A stretch of 64,000 nucleotides of DNA from Lytechinus pictus (Eukaryota), in contig NC_087251.1 in assembly GCF_037042905.1 (NCBI RefSeq), positions 37,016,001-37,080,000 on the forward strand, read 5' to 3'. The notes beneath the pieces are model-generated. The model was given only the letters and a program-made list of their open reading frames with translations, did not search any database and was not told the DNA's origin. This document shows positions 12,775 to 24,941 of this stretch, one piece after another. Numbering within the stretch: the stretch's first letter is position 1; the number at the start of each line of letters is the position of its first letter. The position numbers and the translations under genes were made by a program.

Positions 12775-13332
12775 AGGTCAAGTCCATCCCAGAAAAATGT
12801 TGATTTGAATAAAAAGAGAAAAATCAAACTCGCAAAACACTGAAAATTTCATCAAAATCGGATGTAAATTAAGAAAGTTATGACACTTTAAAGTTTTGCT
12901 TATTTTTTACAAAAGGTGATATGTACAAACTATGATGAGAAGTTGATGATGTCCCTCACTCACTATTTCTTTTGTTTTATAAATTTGACAATGAGGACCA
13001 ACTTGACTGAATCATATTGTATTCAACAATGCTCATTCCACATGTTGAGGGAGGAATTAATTCCTGTTTCACTTGACAATGATGAGAAAAATAGAATATT
13101 CCCTATTTCATATAATAAAATACAAAAGAAATAGTGAGTGGATGACGTCATAGTCTCCTCATTTGCATACCCACCAGGATGTTCATATAACTGTTTTGTG
13201 GAATTAAGCAAAACTTTGAAATGTCATAACTTTCTTATTTTACATCCGATTTTGATGAAATTTTCAGTGTTATGTTTGTTGGATTTTTCTCTTTTGATTC
13301 AAATCAACTTTTTGTTGGGGTGGACTTGTCCT
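12775..13332. mobile_element. Kolobok-like MITE
   Basis: TTAA|AGGTCAAGTCCA... ...TGGACTTGTCCT|TTAG, with long imperfect TIRs. A related element lies at ~40200-40682. Confidence 0.65.
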
Positions 13333-14487
13333 TTAGATGATGTAGGCCGACATTGTCGCATTATGTACTGCAATAATTTGAAATTAAATTGTGGTTGATT
13401 CTGTATAGAACAATATGAATTACTGATTGGCAAGCTTCTGTATAGAAACGCCTTTAATCGGTTTTGCATCATAAAGGAATCAAAATGAGAGAAAATGTAG
13501 TAAGAAAAAAATAAATCAAAGTGGGAGAAATTTTTCCAATGGGACAGAACACCACCACCCCTTGACGATAATCGTTGAATCTTTGACTTTTAAAAGACAC
13601 ACTTACTTTTATATATTCCACTAACCAAGTTGAACGTTGCTGCATAAAGAAAATGTCACAATGATGAATATCAGGTAAAGCGGTAAACGGATTTGATTTT
13701 TTTTTCAATTTGGCTTGTTAGACGTATTTCTAATTTGTAAAAAAAAAGAAGCAATTTCGTAAGTTTTTTTTTCCTTTCCACCCACGTTAAAGGTTTCATC
13801 TCCCATTATTCCCTCTTCCGGTTGATTTGTGCTAACCTGGACTGGGCGGGGGTTGATACGACTGCTACGTACTCCTACTGAGTATTTTAACCACCTATAT
13901 ATCATACTTTTAAAAAAAAACCTTTAATTCTAATTTCATCAAAACCGCATCACACCGTCTTACCATTTTTATATTGTTTTCTAAAAAAAAAAAAATCAGT
14001 GGTAGGCCTACTTACTGAAAATATAGAATTGCTGCAACTGTTAAGGGACAATCCATAAGCCCATGAAGAAAACAAATATGGACAGACCTCAAGCCCCGTT
14101 CGTTCTCACACACCAAAATCACCTCCTCCCCCCCGTCGTCATCTCCCTTTATTTATATCAACAACACAACAGTATAGTGTGCAATTGTTTTATGTTTTGT
14201 TGCGCTCTGTGATAACCACCTAATCCCCCATCATTTCCCCCTCCCTATCACATTCTCTTTCTCTCATTTTCCATCCCATATATTTTCTCTACCATAGAGA
14301 TGTTCTCCACCTATCTACTGCAGATGTAGATAATTATGTCCTTACGCGTACGGCTTGAGCGTATGAGTGAGTGTGTGATACACATTGGTAGGCAAATACA
14401 CAAATACACGGTTCTCACCGTACAGTATGTTTGCCATCACGATGCGGGAGCGAGCTCGGCCGCTCCGAATATGGATAATTAATGCGA

Positions 14488-14495
14488 TGACGTCA
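14488..14495. promoter_or_regulatory. Perfect CRE (TGACGTCA) in the putative 7B2 promoter
   Basis: Palindromic CRE in a CpG-rich patch about 230 bp upstream of a consensus splice donor. Confidence 0.5.
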
Positions 14496-14549
14496 GCGGT
14501 CGTCTTGGATGATAGTGGTCTTTCCGCATCAGCAAGACTAAGGATAAAT

Positions 14550-14725
14550 TAGTGCCGTGTGCAATGTTTCGTCTATGCTCCTGATCGGTATTACATCGAC
14601 TGCTTTTTTTCATCACGATTATCTTTTATTCGGAGATAACCTGTTTTCAATCATATTAACTCGTAACTCATCTTGACTGTTAAATACATCTCTAACACTT
14701 CCTCTATTTCATCACCTATATCCAG
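14550..14725 (+). other. SCG5: Putative non-coding first exon (5' UTR) of the 7B2 gene; start position approximate
   Basis: Perfect donor CAG|GTAAGT at 14725/14726. The ATG-bearing exon has an acceptor just before its ATG, so an upstream exon is expected. Confidence 0.5.
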
Positions 14726-17403
14726 GTAAGTAAATCCTCTTTTTTTACAATTATTCCTTCGAGAAACGTCCATGTTTATCGCCTTACGTTAGCAATGACA
14801 TAATAATGTTCCAAATTGTGTCTTTCATTTCTTGTGTAAACATTTACTCATTACCAAATACATATTGTATGTATGTACGTATGTATGTATCTGGAGAAAA
14901 GGTTTAATACCACAAGTACGACATATTATATCGTTTTGATTTAACATTATAATCGGTCTTTGAGAAGCATGTTCAATTTGTATGGTCCATCCAGAGCGGA
15001 CTCGGTGGTTGCTAAATCATATGGCGACGTCATCTTTGATGCACGCTATCGGGGCAATATTTGCAACACTTATAAAGAGCACAAGATGGCGGATACACAG
15101 CACATCTGGTGCATTCGCCATCATGAAAAAGGAACGCAAATTAAAGCAAACTTCACAGTGTTCTCGAATATTTGCCCCTTGACGTCCATGTAAAAAATAT
15201 AATATCTCACAATTTTGAAAATACGAATGCTACAATCCCGTAAATGTATATGGGATTTATTATGTATATGTACACGTATAAAGGGCCTAATCTATAATGA
15301 AAATGCCAGCATACGCTACAATACATTTTTTCTCCTACAACCACTTTTAATAACTATTTCTGAATCAGTGTTCATTAATGATAATTTTATGGGATGTAGA
15401 TGTCAACATGTAATTTCGTAATTAAAACTAGCGTGAGTTATTTAGTAATATTGTTCAGCCATTAATATATCAAAAGCCATTCATTAATGATAATTTCATA
15501 CGGCGTCATAGATGTCCACGTTAAAACCATCATCGTATTTTATTTTTATCTCATACAGCCATTTTCAATAACTATTTCAGTATCAGTTCATTAACGGTAA
15601 TTTATGGGGTGAATATAATTGTATATGTTCACCTTTATAATTTATTTATAAAAAAAAAACAGCATAAGCTATATTTATAGTCAATCATTTTCCCCCAAAT
15701 ATTCAGCCCATCTGGTATTTTGTTTTGATAGCCCATATCCACTTATCCACACTATGCTTCACATTATAATAATAGCCGAATTATTGAATCTATTTTGGGG
15801 GTTCTCTCTTCTGTCTTCCTTTATGTAAAATACTACGTTATTATGTATAATAATTATTGTTACCATAACGGATGTACGGAATGCTCCATTGTTGATGTCA
15901 TGTTTGATGTACCTTTGCTCATTGTAAGCAAGTCCATATTTAAAGCCGATTCTTTTTAATGTTAATGCAAATTTACCTATTCAGTTCTATTGTATAATTG
16001 CTTTTTGTTTGCAACCAATGTCCTATGTCTTTGTAATTTCATTTTTTATGTACGTTTCAACCTGCCTTGAACCAGTATAGGTTCATCGACCTGGTTTTGG
16101 TTGTTACTTTTTCATTTTTTCACATTGTTCATTTGTATTATGCTTTTCTTTGAATAAAGAAATGATTACAACCAAATGACTATTTAAGTATCCATTCATT
16201 CATACTCAACTTTATAGATTAAAATATTTATAAAAAGTAAAAATGTCTGTTTTGGCTATGAATTAGAATATTTTCTTCAACATGCAATGTTCCTATAGTG
16301 ATAAGGATATGTCTTTGAGGAAAAAACAGATGATGGATGCACCCCTACCCCCCATTTTTAATTTTAGTAGCCATGCATTTATTTTTTTGTGTGTACATGT
16401 TCACATGTAATTTTGTAATGAAAAAAAAACCCACCTGAGGTATGATGTTTTCTCTCATTGTTTTAATAACTATTTCAGTACTCGTTCTTTCAGAATCATC
16501 TTTATAGATGAATATATATATATACTATATAAACGTGAAAATGTCTGAGTTATAATATTTTCTTCAACATGCAACGCTCTTATGATCAGGATTATTTTGA
16601 TCTTTAAGGAAAAGCAGATGATGGATGTAATTGCCCATGCAGTAATTATTACCCACGCTATAATCTAACCGGGTGTTATAAGAAATGTCAGAAGGAGAGC
16701 TCACATTAATATCGGCGTAATATCTGTACGATAAAACACGACAGCTGGTCATGGTGATGATGTCATAAAGCGTATACTAATTTAGTGGCATACTGACCAA
16801 GACAAAGGCAATTGTGAGCTTCGATGATGCTGAAATGATCTGGTTTTTCACATTGTAACAATGAAATTAAGTATAGGCCTACTTAGTGCTGAGTGCAGAC
16901 AATAAAACTACAACGTCGCGTCGGGCGAGCCCAGAGAGACAAACTTTATTGAATGAAATATTTTATCACCTATCTTCACAATTAAATATCTATAACATGG
17001 CAGAACTTGAACACTTTCAAATATATTCATTTTCTGGTGGGGTTTGCTAACTTTTTAGCACCACTGTATTTTTCAAACTTGCCTGTGGAAAGGGAAACAA
17101 AAATAAAATAAAATAAACTTTATGGAGTTCCGAAGGATTTTTGACGAAAATATCTTCTCTTCCTTTTTTTTCAGGAAACCATTTCAGCTGTTATGTTTAT
17201 CAATGAAATTAGAGCACCCCGCGCTCATCCTATGCTAATCTTGAGATCTGTTCCCATTTAAGCAACAACAAAAAAATGAGGAAGGCGTGGTCCATATTGC
17301 GATAAAATTATTATTGATTCGAAACTGGTATGAATGTGGAATAATGTAATAATGAGTGTTTCTGCAGAATAATCGTGCATGTCTTTATAGTTTGGGGCAT
17401 ATA

Positions 17404-17931
17404 TAACCCAGAGAGCTCCCGCCCGCGCAGCGGGCGGGAGCCCAGAAGCTTACCGTGTATTTTACCATTGTCACCGGACTAGGGTGATTTATGGTCTAAA
17501 TATTTCTCCAAATGAATTGTGAAAACGGAAAGGATACAATTACCACGATTATATGGATGAAGGTCTAACGAGTGGCAGATTCCTGACATCTGGGCACAGT
17601 CTGGAACCTCAAAAAAACGAAAAGTTATCTCCTTCTACCCAGTCTCGATCGGCCATTTTGTTACGATTTTTAACAAAAATGGCCGATCGAGACGGGGTAG
17701 AAGGAGAGAACTTTTCGTTTTTTTGAGGTTCCAGACTGTGCCCAGATGTCAGGAATCTGCCACTCGTTAGACCTTCATCCATATAATCGTGGTAATTGTA
17801 TACTTTCCGTTTTCACAATTCATTTGGAGAAATATTTAGACCATAAATCACCCTAGTCCGGTGACAATGGTAAAATACACGGTAAGCTTCTGGGCTCCCG
17901 CCCGCTGCGCGGGCGGGAGCTCTCTGGGTTA
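17404..17931. mobile_element. 528-bp near-perfect palindromic foldback element (Mutator/MULE-like)
   Basis: Arms TAACCCAGAGAGCTCCC... / ...GGGAGCTCTCTGGGTTA pair almost to the centre (~17667); 9-bp TSD GGGCATATA on both sides. Confidence 0.85.
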
Positions 17932-17955
17932 GGGCATATACTGATCTATAGTATA

Positions 17956-18774
17956 CAGTGCGTCCCAGAAAAAACGAAACCGAGATTTAGCGATGATTTA
18001 TCATAACTTAATCATAAATAAAATAGACAAATGACCTACCAATGTAAAGCTTAGAATCTCCTCTTTCATCTGGTATTACTTAGATTATTTCTCACTCACG
18101 CATGATTGAGCAAAAACAATTCGAAGAAAGGATGCCAAAAACTCATTTGGCGGGGGGTATCTGAATTTCAAAAAGAAAATCACATGACTAAAAAGTTCAA
18201 TATCTTCTCTTTTTTTTTATACCTAAATCACAGAAAATGGTCAAGTAATAAAAAAGTTATGATCCCTCGAAACAATGCTTGTATTTCCATAATTTCATTA
18301 AATAAACGTGTTTTCACCGGTTTCCCACTGAAGCTATCGCACGGTAACAAAAGACTTAATGCATGGCTGATCGTCAACAAAACGGAGTGTCGAGTGAGTT
18401 TGATCGCTAGCCTGTAAAACCTCTTCATTTTATGAAATTATTGAAATTCAAGCCTTATTTCAAATAACCAGAACTTTGTTATTTCTTGACCATTTTCTGT
18501 AATTGAGGTATCAAATTAAAGAGCAGATATTGAACTTTTTAAAAATGTGGTTTTCTTTTTAAAACCCAGATACGGCCCGCCAAGTGACTTTTTGGTATCC
18601 CCTTTTCAAATTGTTTTTGCTCACTCATGCGTGAATGAGAAATATTATAAGAAATTTTAGATGAAAGAGGAGATTCTAAGCTTTAAAATGGTAGGTCATT
18701 TGTCTATTGTATTTGCGATTAAGTTATGATAAATCATCGATAAACATCGGTTTCGTTTTTTGTGGGACGCACTG
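17956..18774. mobile_element. Tc1/mariner-type non-autonomous element
   Basis: TA|CAGTGCGTCCCA...TGGGACGCACTG|TA; long imperfect TIRs. Confidence 0.85.
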
Positions 18775-19275
18775 TACATATCGTATCTGTGATTTGATGG
18801 AAGCGATGGTTTAATTCAAATTAAACCATCAAATTCTTAAATACATTTAATTTCATGTTCGCTATTCGAATATATACGCCGAATGAGTGTATGAAGAGCA
18901 CAATACCCTAGAATATACAACTGCGAATAATGCCCCTACAATAAGAACCAAAATCCTCAGAAATTCCAATTCTATATACAATCTAAAGATATTGGGTAAA
19001 AATGCTCCATGATGGTAATTATGTTAAACAAGGGTTTAAAAAATTTAGCTGATCTCAATGTAAAGTTGAATTACAATTAGCTTTAATTAAAACTCAAGTA
19101 TGTTTCATTCCTGTTAACACATAGAGCAAAAAGAAATCAAGGACCCGTCTCAAAAAGATTTCCAATCAAACGCATTTCCATTAACGAAGTACAACTTGAC
19201 GTTCAATCAATCAAAATGGCGTACTATACGGATTTGGGCTTGATTCTTAATTTGAGTTGCGATTATCCACCTCTA

Positions 19276-19532
19276 CGCTCTAAAAAATATTGGGTAAAAA
19301 TGCTCTGTGAGGGTAATTATGATTGTGTCCAACCAACATTGGGCATTTCTTTTGGACATTTTTATCTATCCAGTGTGATAAAAATTTTGCCCATTCTAAA
19401 GTAATTGCTGCTTATCTTTTTGACCTTACTGGACAATATGCTTCCCACATTGGGTAAAATACTGCCCAAATTTGGTTGGACACATAATTACCCTCGTGCT
19501 GGTTAAAATTTTACCCAATATTTTTTACAGTG
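19276..19532. mobile_element. MITE with CAC..GTG-type ends; related copies at ~45301-45555 and ~41106-41300
   Basis: Shared sequence ttgggtaa..gtgtccaaccaacattgggc..atccagtgtgat..aaaattttgcccattctaaag..ttttacagtg. Confidence 0.6.
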
Positions 19533-20238
19533 TATTTCCGATTCTTATCAAATACATTTCCCTTTTTTCATTTCCTAAACATTTTCTTAATGCATCTGTT
19601 TCTTTTTTTTTTTTTTTTATAGAAAACGAAACACTTATAACTTTTAGTTTGTTTTGTTTTGAGGGGCGGGGGGTATTTTTGTAGAATTTGAAAGCTCAGT
19701 CATTTTCGGGAGCATAATATTGATACGGTGAATTTTAACCCTGAAACGGAAGTAGCTCTTCCACGAGAATTGGAAACGAAGAATGTTTTCATTAAGATAG
19801 GCCTATTTACTGTGAAAGAAAACAATGCTCCCTCACAAAATGAATTATCAGTTGGTAATGGATCAAAGTGGTTTTTGAAGTGAACGTATTATTAAAAGTG
19901 CTCACATGGCCAACTTTGATTAGAATGTTATTTTGGTAGTCAGCATTGGATCTGTTCTTCCGGTCAAAGTATAAATTTTGGATTTTTTTTATCAGAATTT
20001 ATTGATTGGTATTATTTCTTTACATTCCACTCGCCTAAAGAAGGGGGATCATGACCCCAACGATCAAGACAAAAAAAAAGAGGAAAAAAAGGAAATGGAT
20101 GTGAAATTTATACATTATTTTTTTAATCTATCGCAGAATTAGACATTTGTATTAAACAGGTTAAATTTTGCCACATACGGCATGACAGCCCCCCCCCATT
20201 TTATTTTATTTTTATCAATAATGTTTGAGGGGCTTGTT

Positions 20239-20510
20239 ATGCTACTGCTACATTCTCGTGCCAGTTCGCCATTCAGAACAATACTCTCGAGTACATCGAA
20301 TTAATTTTTATTTCTGAGACACGATAAGTCATAAAGGCAAAATCAATGTAGAAAAAAAGCCCTAAGAAACTGATATGCTACTGCTACATTCTCGTGCCAG
20401 TTCGCCATTCAGAACAATACTCTCGAGTACATCGAATTAGTTTTTATTTCTGAGACACGATAAGTCATAAAGGCAAAATTAATGTAGAAAAAAATCCCTA
20501 AGAAACCGAT
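20239..20510 (+). repeat. Direct tandem duplication, 2 x 136 bp
   Basis: ATGCTACTGCTACATTCTCGTGCCAG... starts at 20239 and again at 20375. Confidence 0.9.
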
Positions 20511-20612
20511 ATTTATATGTTGGGTGACAGATTCTTGCAATGATTGTTAATATTGTATGAAAACGAATCAGACGAGCTTCCTTATTGTGAAATGCCAGTG
20601 TGTGTATGGTAA

Positions 20613-23560
20613 TACCCCGGTCACATTTGCTCTGCGGCGGCCATACGGCGAGTCGAAAACAGCCGTTTTATTCATTTTTATTCAAACCACCTTTATGTAG
20701 CTGGTACAATAGTCCAGGATAGAAGGGGTCGAACCTTGTTTTTTTATATTTACAATGTTTTTTTATGGTTTCTTGTCAATTCGAGGGTGCTGATTCCGAA
20801 TCTGAATGATGCCACTCGTGTAACCTTGAGCATTTTCTGCAAATTGGCAAAATCCAATATGGCCGCCAAATTACCCATGAAAATCATAAAATTGCATCCA
20901 CACATTGGCTTTAAAGTACATGCAATTGTGCTGCCAGAGTGAAATAATATCTGAAAAATGATTTTTGTCAAAATATTTATTTTCTTGATATCAAAATGGC
21001 CGCCATCATAGACCCCTGTACAATATGAATGGGGAAAATTAATTTTTACAAAATTGAGCAATGAAATGCAAGTAATTATGATCTATGAGTGAAGCAATGT
21101 CTGTAAACATGATTGCTAACGATATATATCATTTGTTATGTCAGTTATGTGATAAATCCTGTATTTTGATATTCAAAATGGCCTTCAAAAGCCCTAACAC
21201 TATTATGTACAATGTGAATGGTGACACAAAAAAATCACAAGAGTGAGCACTAAAATGCATTTTGTTGAGATAAACGAGTGGAATACTGACTAAAAACATT
21301 TTTGTTAACGAAATTTATTATTTAACATGCCATGTATGTGATAAACCCTGTATTTTGATATTTAATATGACCGCCAAAGGCCCTAAAAATATGATCTACG
21401 ATGTGAGAGAGGACAAAAACAATCCCAAGGTGAGCACTAAAACGTATTTTTTGTGGTAAATTAGTGGAATACTGTCTTCAAATATAATTTGCAACGAAAT
21501 ATATTATTCGGGTTTCATATTTGTGTTAAATATTGTATTTTGACTTTCAAAATGGCCGCCAAAAGACATTGACTGTATTATGTACAATCGATCTGGGAAA
21601 CCAATTTTCACATGAGTCAGCACCATAACATGCATATAATTGTGATTAAAGAGTAAAATATTGTCTGAAAACATAATTCCTAACAAGATATATCATTCAT
21701 TCTGCCAGGTAGGTGATAAATAATGTATTTTGAAAGTCAAAATGACCGCTACAGGCCATAACAGTAGGCCTATTATGTACTTTGTGAATGGGAACATATA
21801 ATTTTAACAGAATTTGGCTTTGCTTGACTAAATGGTGTTGCATGTATGAGTGAAATATCGTCTGAAAATATGATTTTGTAACCAAATAGATAATTTCTTA
21901 TGTTATTTAGGTGATAAATGCTATATTTAAATTTCAAAATGGCTGCAATATGTTTCTTTGTGGAAATTATCTTTCCCCATTCAAATTTTACATATTAAGA
22001 TAAGGGACTATGGCGGCCATTTTTCATTTTTAAAAGGCTGCATTCATCACCTTTATGACACAAGCTATGATATATTTCGTTAGAAATCATTGGGTTTAGA
22101 CAATACTTAACACTTACATCAAAATTAAGCCATTTTCATAGTAAAAAAATTGTCAAAATTATCTGTCCCCAGTTACAATGTACATACTACTTTGGGCTAT
22201 GGCAGCAATTTTGAATTTCAAAGTAAGGCCTTTATTACCTTCTCAACCATTATGTGATGTATTTAGTCAGAAATCATGTTCAAGACCAAATTTTACCTAT
22301 ACATCACATAGTTACGTGCGTTTTTGGTTCTCATTCTGGTGATGATTAGTTTCCCTATACGCATGTTACAGAATTTGTAGGGGCTTGTGCGGCCGTTTTG
22401 AAAGTCAAAATACAGTATTTATCACCTATGGGAGAGGAAATGTTATATTTCATTAAAAAAATCACGTTTTCAAACAATATTTTCCTTATACAACAGAATT
22501 ATATGGATTTCATAGTCAGGCAAATCCTAATTCTTTCAAAAGTATTTGTCCCCATTTACATTGTAGATAATACTGTAAGGGCCCATAGGGGCCATTTTGA
22601 ATTTTACAATACAGCATTTATCTCATGCATGAAAAATTAAATGATATGTTTCGCCAGAAATCATGTGTTTAGACAATATTTCACTCGTATAGATTACAAT
22701 TACATTCATTTTATTGTTTTTACTCTTGTGAAAATTAGTTTCTTCATTCGCTTTGTTCATAATACAGATAGGGCCTATGGCAGCCATTTTGAATGTCAAC
22801 ATGCAGCATAATTACCGAAATTGCAAGGGAAATGATATGTTTCGTTAGAAATCCTTGTTGTCAGACAGTGTTACACCAATATTTCGCAGTTATTGGCATT
22901 TTAAAGTCAAACAAATTCAAAGGTTGTGAAAATTATTTGTCCCCTTTTATATATTGTACACAGTATAAGGGGTCTATAATGACAGCCATTTTGAATATCA
23001 TAATACAGCATTTATCACATTAGATAGTATACAAATGACATAGTTTTGTTAATAGTCATGTTTTCAGACAGTAGTCCACTCGCAGGTCACAATCACATGC
23101 AATAATAGTGTTCTTGTTTGAAAAAATATTTTCCCCATTCATATTCTACATAATAAAGTATACAGGGGTTATGGCGGCCATTTTGAATATCAATAAAATG
23201 AATATTTTGTCAAATATCGCTTTTCCAATTGGTATTTCACTTCTGCACAACAACTACATGCATTTTATAGCTAATGTGTTGGCAATTTTATGATTTTCAT
23301 GGGTAATTTGCATATTTTGGCGGCCATATTGGATTTTGCCAATTTGCGGAAAATGCTCAAGGTTACAAGAGTGGCATCATTCAGATTCGGAATCAGCACC
23401 CTCGAATTGACAAGAAACCATAAAAAAACATTGTATATCTAAAAAAACAAGGTTCGACCCCTTGTCTATGGGGCCTATCCTGGACTACAATAAAAGTTAA
23501 CACGGCCGTTTTCAACTCGCCGCGCCGTACGGCCGCCGTAAAGCAAATGTGACCGAGGTA
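20613..23560. mobile_element. Small PIF/Harbinger-like MITE (~170 bp) split by the Academ-like copy 2
   Basis: TAA|TACCCCGGTCACATTTGCT ... AGCAAATGTGACCGAGGTA|TAA; 3-bp TAA TSD. Confidence 0.7.
20710..23487. mobile_element. Non-autonomous TIR DNA transposon (Academ-like), copy 2, uninterrupted, 2778 bp
   Basis: TAGTCCAGGATAG...CTATCCTGGACTA TIRs, 3-bp TSD CAA, no long ORF, near-identical to copy 1. Confidence 0.85.
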
Positions 23561-24270
23561 TAACTGTGGTGCTGTCAGATTCGTAAGATTTTGCCAAGTG
23601 AGGTAACATTTACAGCCTTCTTGATTACATGCAATAACCTTATCCCACCATAGCCTTGCTGAGATTCATCCGAGCATTATCAAAACAATGTGATGTTTGA
23701 AACGCATTTCCAACATAGTTCATATTACAGGTCATTTGTACCCAACCATGCATCAACACACGTCACACTACGTCACTAACGGTCATGGCATGGAGGATTT
23801 TTTTTGGGGGGGGGCACTCTCTCTATTCTTCTGCATGAATATACCAATCACTGTCGATTCCCCTCTTTAAATATCAAGCTGAAGATAATTTTGTTTAAAA
23901 TAGAATTTAATTCTATTGAATTCTTTATTTATTTCATTTCCTTTCAAACATAACACAAACTAATGTGAATCATATACAAATTAACAGATTGACATTTTAA
24001 AAAAGCAGCATAAAATAGAGCATATGGAAATGAGAATTTATTAACAAGCAAAATTTCTGAACACATTGATATCAGGTGTAAAATAGCAAAAATGTCATAT
24101 TTTTAGTTTGTTGAGATGAATGAACCAGTATCTGAAAAAAGGTAAAGTACTTTAACATGTGCGCGTGCTTGTGTGGGGTGTATTGGGTGTATGTATATGT
24201 GTTTGAAAAAAAATGTGTTAAGGTACCTGGGTGGGTGGGTGTGTTTACGCGAACGCACGCAGATGACACT

Positions 24271-24605
24271 GGCCCGTATTCTGAAGTCGGGTTTAACCAT
24301 AGAGATGTATACGGGTTTAACTTCAACTCAGGTTTAAAGTTGTGGTTTAAGTATAGATAGCCAATTGTTACATAAATCACTAACAGTAGAGATATCATAT
24401 TTCAGCTCATTTGGCTCTCAAATCATTCATAATTGTCTAGAAAGTATATATAGATGATTGTCTTCACCATCGATGAATCAGGAAAGGGCACAGTAAACAT
24501 AAGAAACATACAACTTAATAAAAATTTTGACACTTTTGGCTTCCCATAATTTTAGCACAGAGTTAGACCATGGTATAAGTTAAACCTGACTTCAGAATAC
24601 GGGCC
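24271..24605. mobile_element. MITE
   Basis: TIR GGCCCGTATTCTGAAGTC / GACTTCAGAATACGGGCC. Confidence 0.75.
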
Positions 24606-24733
24606 TATGTGTGTAAACTTTGCAATTGATGATCTTGAATTTGATATTTTTCATTCATTATATCTTTTATCTATCCATTTCAGTGTTTCATGTTATTAAC
24701 TGTATTCTTTTTATTTTTTATAGAGAAAACGAC

Positions 24734-24941
24734 ATGTTGTACGTGATTCTGAACGTGTTGCTCCTTGGAGCCTTGGCAAGTAGCGAGTACTCAGGAATGT
24801 CTCTGAGGGATCGAATTGCCTTGAGGAACCTCCTCATGAACAGCAACTACTACGACTTTCCTCTAGCCCCGTCACAACGCGACCTAGAGAACACAGCCAT
24901 CAACTCAAAGGTCGTCATTCCACCTTTGACATTCATCCAAG
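24734..24941 (+). CDS. SCG5: 7B2 coding exon 1 (signal peptide; MLYVILNVLLLGALASSEYSG...PPLTFIQ)
   Basis: Acceptor tttttataG at 24723, ATG at 24734, phase-1 donor at 24942. Confidence 0.88.
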
